A stretch of 64,000 nucleotides of DNA from positions 17,280 to 81,279 of the forward strand of contig JAUYDS010000117.1 in assembly GCA_030691735.1 (NCBI GenBank), read 5' to 3'. Under the pieces are notes generated by a model. It was given only the letters and a program-made list of their open reading frames with translations, ran no database searches and was not told where the DNA came from. Both the position numbers and the translations under genes were made by a program. This document shows, in pieces, positions 59,642-64,000 of the stretch (the stretch's first letter is position 1; each line of letters opens with the position of its first letter). Source of the stretch: Candidatus Aminicenantes bacterium. GTDB lineage: Bacteria > Acidobacteriota > Aminicenantia > Aminicenantales > UBA4085.

Positions 59642-59878
59642 ATGCGCAAAAAGCCCCGACTCGCCCTCTCTCTCGGCGCCGCCGTCCTCGTTTTCGGCGG
59701 GCACGATCCCTTCCTGGGGCTGAACGCGGGTTTCGTCGCCCTGGCGGTCAATGCCGTCGTCGCCGTCGGCTTGAGCCTTTTCCTTTCGAGGAGGCGGAGA
59801 TCCGACGGAGTGAGCTTACCGTCAAAAAGGACGCAATTCGTTGACGTCGACGGAGAACGGACATGTGGGATGACCTGA
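59642..59878 (+). pseudogene. Short ORF resembling the last TM hairpin of a sodium:solute symporter (probable remnant)
   Basis: LVFGGHDPFLGLNAGFVALAVNAVVAVGLSL resembles SSS C-termini; has GGAGG SD and ATG; precedes an amidohydrolase. Confidence 0.45.
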
Positions 59879-61023
59879 GGAAGGATATCGGGAATTTGAG
59901 CGGGCGGCTCATCGCCTGGCGCCGGGAGATGCACCGGCATCCCGAAGTGGCCTTGGAAGAAAAATGGACATCGGCCTATTTGGGCGAACATTTCAAAAAA
60001 CTGGGCCTGCCCGTCAAGAAGATGGCGGGGACGGGATTGCGGGCCGTTCTGAAGGGCCGACCCGGCGGTAAGACCGTCGCTCTGCGGACCGACATCGACG
60101 CGCTGCCGCTCCAGGAAGAGGGGGATAAGGCCTACCTTTCGCGGAATCCGGGCGCCGCGCATGCCTGCGCCCACGACGGACACATGGCCGTCCTGATGGG
60201 TGTGGCTGAACTGCTGGCCCGCCGCAAAGGCGCTTTCAAAGGGACCGTCGTTTTCCTCTGCCAGCCCGCCGAAGAGCATCCTCCCGGCGGGGCGAAGGCG
60301 ATGATCGAGGCCGGCGCCCTCGAAGGCGTCGAGGCCATCTTCGGGCTCCATCTCTGGCAGCCGCTGCCGACCGGCACGCTCGGGATCGTCAAGGGGCCGA
60401 TGATGGCCCAATCCGACAACATTTGGATCACGGTCAAAGGCCGCGGCGGCCACGGCGCGATCCCGCAAGCGACCGTCGATCCCGTCCTCGCCGCGGCCCA
60501 GGTCGTGGTCAACCTCCAAAGCGTCGTCAGCCGGAACGTCGATCCTCTGAAACCGGCCGTGCTCTCGTTCGGAGCGGTCCACGGCGGGACGGCGAACAAC
60601 ATCATCCCGGGCGAAGTGAAGCTCACCGGCACGGTCCGGACGCTCGATCCGAAGGTCCAGGCGCTGATGAAAAAGCGGATCCGTGAGGTCGTCGAAGGGA
60701 CGTGCGCGGCGTTCGGCGCTTCGGCCGAAATCGTGTATGAGGACGGCTATCCGCCGCTTGTCAACGATTTCGCCTCGGTCGATCTGGTGCTGGACGTAGC
60801 GAAACGGGCGCTGGGGGAAGAAAACATCCTGGCCATCGATCCGGTGATGGGAGGCGAGGATTTCGCCCGCTATCTCCAGGAGGTCCCCGGCGCGTTTCTG
60901 TTCTTCGGCGCGGGCGACGGGACGAAATATCCGCACCACCACCCGGCCTTCGATTTCGACGAGAAAGCCCTGCCTCCGGCCGTTTTTCTGATGACGGCCC
61001 TGGTCTTGGAATTTTTGAAATGA
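59863..61023 (+). CDS. M20D family amidohydrolase
   Basis: RREMHRHPE, LRTDIDALP, HACAHDGH, QPAEE, GGEDF, HHP.FD. Confidence 0.94.
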   Translation: MWDDLRKDIGNLSGRLIAWRREMHRHPEVALEEKWTSAYLGEHFKKLGLPVKKMAGTGLRAVLKGRPGGKTVALRTDIDALPLQEEGDKAYLSRNPGAAHACAHDGHMAVLMGVAELLARRKGAFKGTVVFLCQPAEEHPPGGAKAMIEAGALEGVEAIFGLHLWQPLPTGTLGIVKGPMMAQSDNIWITVKGRGGHGAIPQATVDPVLAAAQVVVNLQSVVSRNVDPLKPAVLSFGAVHGGTANNIIPGEVKLTGTVRTLDPKVQALMKKRIREVVEGTCAAFGASAEIVYEDGYPPLVNDFASVDLVLDVAKRALGEENILAIDPVMGGEDFARYLQEVPGAFLFFGAGDGTKYPHHHPAFDFDEKALPPAVFLMTALVLEFLK

Positions 61024-61580
61024 GCATCCTGTACGTCCTCGGCGTCGCCCTAGCCTTAACCATGGACGCCTTTGCCGTGGCGGTCGGCCTCAGTCTCTCC
61101 CGGGACGGCCTCCGCGGAGCCCAATCCCTCCGCCTGGCTTTTCTTTTTGGGCTGTTTCAGTTCGTGATGCCGATCGCCGGATGGGCGGCGGGCCAAACGG
61201 TCATCAAGTTCATCACCGACTACGACCATTGGGTGGCCGCGGGCTTGCTCGTCTTTGTCGGGGGTAAGATGATCGCCGAATCCTTTCACAAGGAGGAGGA
61301 GATCGAGCGGAAAGCGGCCGACGTGACCAAGGGCTTCCCCCTCATCCTTCTATCCGTGGCCACCAGCCTCGACGCGCTCGCGGTCGGATTGAGCTTCGGC
61401 GCTCTCCGGGTGCCGATCCTCCTGCCCGCGGCCGTCATCGGCCTCGTCTGTTTCACGGTGACGATGGCCGGAACGAAGATCGGGCCGTTCCTCGGCAAGC
61501 TGGCCGGGAAGTGGGCGGAGATCGCCGGCGGCATCGTGCTTCTTCTGATCGCCGTCAAGATCCTGGCCGATCACCTCTGA
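61020..61580 (+). CDS. mntP: Manganese efflux pump MntP
   Basis: AL.MDAFAV, FGLFQ..MP, DHW, ATSLDALAVG, AE..GG..L. Confidence 0.92.
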   Translation: MSILYVLGVALALTMDAFAVAVGLSLSRDGLRGAQSLRLAFLFGLFQFVMPIAGWAAGQTVIKFITDYDHWVAAGLLVFVGGKMIAESFHKEEEIERKAADVTKGFPLILLSVATSLDALAVGLSFGALRVPILLPAAVIGLVCFTVTMAGTKIGPFLGKLAGKWAEIAGGIVLLLIAVKILADHL

Positions 61581-61581
61581 G

Positions 61582-61658
61582 GTCATCCTGGGCGGATTGG
61601 AAGATCTCATTCACACTTCCCGAGGTTGAATGAGATCCTTCACTTCGTTCAGGACGAC
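61582..61658. repeat. REP/MITE-like palindrome (GTCATCCTG...GATCTCATTCA..TGAATGAGATC...CAGGACGAC)
   Basis: Nested inverted repeats between convergent mntP and btuB. Confidence 0.7.
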
Positions 61659-61696
61659 CCAAAGGGTCGGATCCCTCGCTGCGCTCGTCAATTCAA

Positions 61697-61799
61697 CGGC
61701 GGCCGGGGCCCCGGGCATTGCCCGGGGGTCCACTTCCGCCGTACTCGCCCGTGGGATACAAGCCACGGGCGAGTGGCGAGCCTAAGGCTCGTCCCTTGA
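61697..61799 (-). repeat. Repeat family B copy overlapping the btuB 3' end
   Basis: Minus strand TCAAGGGACGAGCCTT...ACTCGCCCGTGG..CCACGGGCGAGTACGGCGGAAGTGGACCCC..GGGGCCCC; matches 24150-24317. Confidence 0.75.
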
Positions 61800-63746
61800 C
61801 AGACCGATCTTGAATCCCCCATAGACGGAAAAACCCGGCGTCCCATAACCGAAGACGGTTTCGTATCTCGCGTCGAGGATGTTGTCGAGACGCAGGAACA
61901 GCTGTGTCCTCGAAAAAACGGCGCAGGAAAGCGTGGCGTCCAGGAGCCAATAGCCCGGCAGGATGACGTCGCGCGCGACCATACCCGAGAAATCCTTGTC
62001 CGCCCTCCGCCCCGTGTAAACCGCCGAGAGGTCGACGGTCCATTTTTTGAGGAACATCCAGTCGGCCTGGGCCGTGAACTTGTCCCGCGGCCGCCGGAGC
62101 AGATCGGCGCCGGAATCCAGGTCCCGCGCATCCAGGCGGGTGTAGGAGGTCAGGAGCCGGAGGTTCTCGACGCTTCGGACCTCGCCGGATAGTTCCAGAC
62201 CGCGGGTCCGGGCCCGCCCGATGTTGATGTAACCCAGGCTGAAATCGAAATCGACGAGGTTTCTGAAATCGTTGCGGAAATAGGTGATTCCCGCCAGGAC
62301 GGTCCCGTTCAGGAAATATTGCTCGATCCCGGCGTCCCAACCGCGACTCTCCTCCGGCTTGAGCCGCTCGTTCCCGATCGGACCCCAGAACGTCCCCGGC
62401 GCGTAAAGCTGATAGAGCGAGGGGGATTTAAAGCCGGTGCCGAGCGTGGCTTTGAACTTCGTCTGTGTCGCTTCCAAGAAGTAGGCCGGGGCCAGGCGAT
62501 AGGTGACGGCCGTCCCGGATCGGCTGTGATGGTCGAGGCGCGCGCCGACGGTGGCGAAGAACCGCTCGGCGATCTTCAATTGGTCCTGAACGTAAAGGCC
62601 CGCCGTGTCGGCCGTCCGCCGAGGAAAATCGCTTTCATAGGGCCCCCAGACGCCGAAAGACGTGTACGCGGACTCGCCCCGTTCCCGGGCGAGGTCGGCG
62701 CCGAGGGTGAGCGTGTTGGAGGGATGAAGGAAAACGTTGTTCTGCCAGTCGAGCTTCAAAAGGCCGCCTTTGAACGTCCCCTGTTCCGAATCGAACGGAT
62801 GAGCCGCGTCGACCGAATTGTCATGGTCACGGCGCGAGTCGATATACGAGAAGCCGAGCTTCTGCTCCCAATGGTTCTTGAGGAAAAGACCGCGCACCTG
62901 GCCGCGCAGGAAAAAGGAGCGGTAATCCTGGACGCTGTTGAGATCGTCGCCGCCGGGGCCGCCGAAATTGTCCAGGTCCGTCCGGGCCGCCACCGAGCGG
63001 ACGATGAGATCGGCTTCGAGATTATCGCCGAGGGCGATCCCCAGTCTTCCCGAAAGACCGAGATTCCGGTAGGCGTCTTTTTCCGCGTTCCCGGATAAAG
63101 CCGTCGATGCCGCCGAGATCCCCGCCGACGAGAACTGAGACAGGCCGAAAGCATAATTCAACCGGCCGCTGGAACCTCCCAGGTCCACGGCGTTAGCCAG
63201 CGTTTTGAAAGATCCCGCCTGGGACGAAAGCGTCAGCCGAGGTTTGCCCTGCCCTTTCCTGGTCAGGATGTTGATCACGCCGCCCAGAGCGTCCGAACCG
63301 TAGAGCGTGCTCTGGGGGCCGCGCAGGATCTCGATCCGCTCGACGTTGTCGACGGACAAGTGGGCGAAGTCGTACGACCGGGACGGATTGATGGGGTCAT
63401 TGACCTCGACGCCATCGAGGAGGACGAGGAGATGCTCGGAGTTGGCTCCCCGGAGGAACGCGGAGGAGGACGATCCCGGCCCGCCGTTCTGAATGACCGC
63501 GAGGCCCATGACGTCCCGCAGGGCTTCGAGGACCGTCGGCCGGTTCGACCTCTCCAGGTCCGTCCGGGTGATCACCGTCACGGAACTGGCCAACTCCCGG
63601 GCCGGCGTCTCGATCCGGGTGGCGGTGACCACGATCTCGTATTGAAGGGACTGCGGGGCGGCCGTCTGGCCCTTTTTGTCCTCGCCTCCGAACTGCGGCG
63701 GGACCAGAGCGAGAGCAAAGGCGAAAATAATGGCGATGTTGCCCAT
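61782..63746 (-). CDS. btuB: TonB-dependent receptor, BtuB-like cobalamin transporter
   Basis: Signal peptide, EIVVTATR TonB box, LRG...VLLDG, ERIEILRGPQSTLYGSDALGGVINI, LKPE, DN..D..Y; under a cobalamin riboswitch; ATG 63746 after GGAGG. Confidence 0.88.
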   Translation of the reverse strand: MGNIAIIFAFALALVPPQFGGEDKKGQTAAPQSLQYEIVVTATRIETPARELASSVTVITRTDLERSNRPTVLEALRDVMGLAVIQNGGPGSSSSAFLRGANSEHLLVLLDGVEVNDPINPSRSYDFAHLSVDNVERIEILRGPQSTLYGSDALGGVINILTRKGQGKPRLTLSSQAGSFKTLANAVDLGGSSGRLNYAFGLSQFSSAGISAASTALSGNAEKDAYRNLGLSGRLGIALGDNLEADLIVRSVAARTDLDNFGGPGGDDLNSVQDYRSFFLRGQVRGLFLKNHWEQKLGFSYIDSRRDHDNSVDAAHPFDSEQGTFKGGLLKLDWQNNVFLHPSNTLTLGADLARERGESAYTSFGVWGPYESDFPRRTADTAGLYVQDQLKIAERFFATVGARLDHHSRSGTAVTYRLAPAYFLEATQTKFKATLGTGFKSPSLYQLYAPGTFWGPIGNERLKPEESRGWDAGIEQYFLNGTVLAGITYFRNDFRNLVDFDFSLGYINIGRARTRGLELSGEVRSVENLRLLTSYTRLDARDLDSGADLLRRPRDKFTAQADWMFLKKWTVDLSAVYTGRRADKDFSGMVARDVILPGYWLLDATLSCAVFSRTQLFLRLDNILDARYETVFGYGTPGFSVYGGFKIGLSRDEP

Positions 63747-63786
63747 ATCCGTTGGACCTCCTCCGTTGGCCCCCGCTTTTTCGAGC

Positions 63787-63821
63787 AAAAAAAAACGCCC
63801 TGCCTTCCCCACGAAGGCGGG
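63787..63821 (-). terminator. Intrinsic terminator of the riboswitch expression platform
   Basis: Minus strand CCCGCCTTC-GTGGG-GAAGGCAGGG then CGTTTTTTTTT, between the aptamer and btuB. Confidence 0.75.
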
Positions 63822-63827
63822 TATCGA

Positions 63828-63977
63828 GGCTTAAAGCAGGTCTCCTGACTCTCGGATCGTCCTCCTCCCGGGCCTTCCTATCCTCAGCGGAGGAAAGTGG
63901 CGTCGTCCGGGATTCGTCCCCGATCACAGTAGCGGGGGCTGTGTCCGCATTTCACGGACTTCCCTGGCATTTAAGCC
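63828..63977 (-). ncRNA. Cobalamin riboswitch
   Basis: Minus strand GGCTTAAA (P1)..AGGGAAGTCCGTGAAATGCGGAC..GCCCCCGCTACTGTGA..GCCACT..GGAAGGC..AGTCAGGAGACCTGC (B12 box)..TTTAAGCC (P1'). Confidence 0.93.
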
Positions 63978-64000
63978 TGAAGAAATATTTATAGACCAAT

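Noticed and set aside
1-64000. tRNA, rRNA, tmRNA, transposase, prophage or defence genes
   Set aside because: None recognisable by eye; radC is the full-length chromosomal type with no mobile-element context.

Overview
GC-rich bacterial chromosomal window; a diderm anaerobe is inferred from the kds, TonB-receptor, Fhs and acyl-CoA genes, and the style resembles Ca. Aminicenantes/Acidobacteriota (not verifiable here). 1-18.3 kb: replication-origin-type housekeeping block. smpB(partial)-corC-carD is divergent from rpmH-rnpA-yidD-yidC-jag-mnmE-mnmG-parS-parA-parB-bactofilin-kdsB-pyrG-kdsA-kdsD-(kdsC remnant)-pmm-manC; dnaA and rsmG are not at their usual positions. 18.3-32.9 kb: mixed genes (transglutaminase-like, YhhN, archaeal-type ThyA, UroD/MtaA-like, radC, fhs, recA, Tat-signal SOD, corA, CoA-transferase, MBL hydrolase). 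33-53 kb: two convergent acyl-CoA operons. The first has MeaB, a split B12 mutase with isobutyryl-CoA-mutase signature residues, Bcd/Crt/Hbd/thiolase and a 3-part biotin carboxylase. The second joins the archaeal-type HMG-CoA synthase/thiolase/DUF35 triad to methylcrotonyl-CoA carboxylase, methylglutaconyl-CoA hydratase, acyl-CoA dehydrogenase and epimerase, with no HMG-CoA lyase; it is the best candidate for an undescribed pathway. 53-64 kb: VKOR-DsbA fusion, outer-membrane protein, uvrA, M20 amidohydrolase, mntP, and a cobalamin-riboswitch-controlled BtuB-like receptor. Several families of small palindromic REP/MITE-like repeats are present. One copy sits in frame inside a protein-coding gene (about 38 codons) and another supplies the last codons of btuB. 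All calls come from reading the sequence; no database searches were run.
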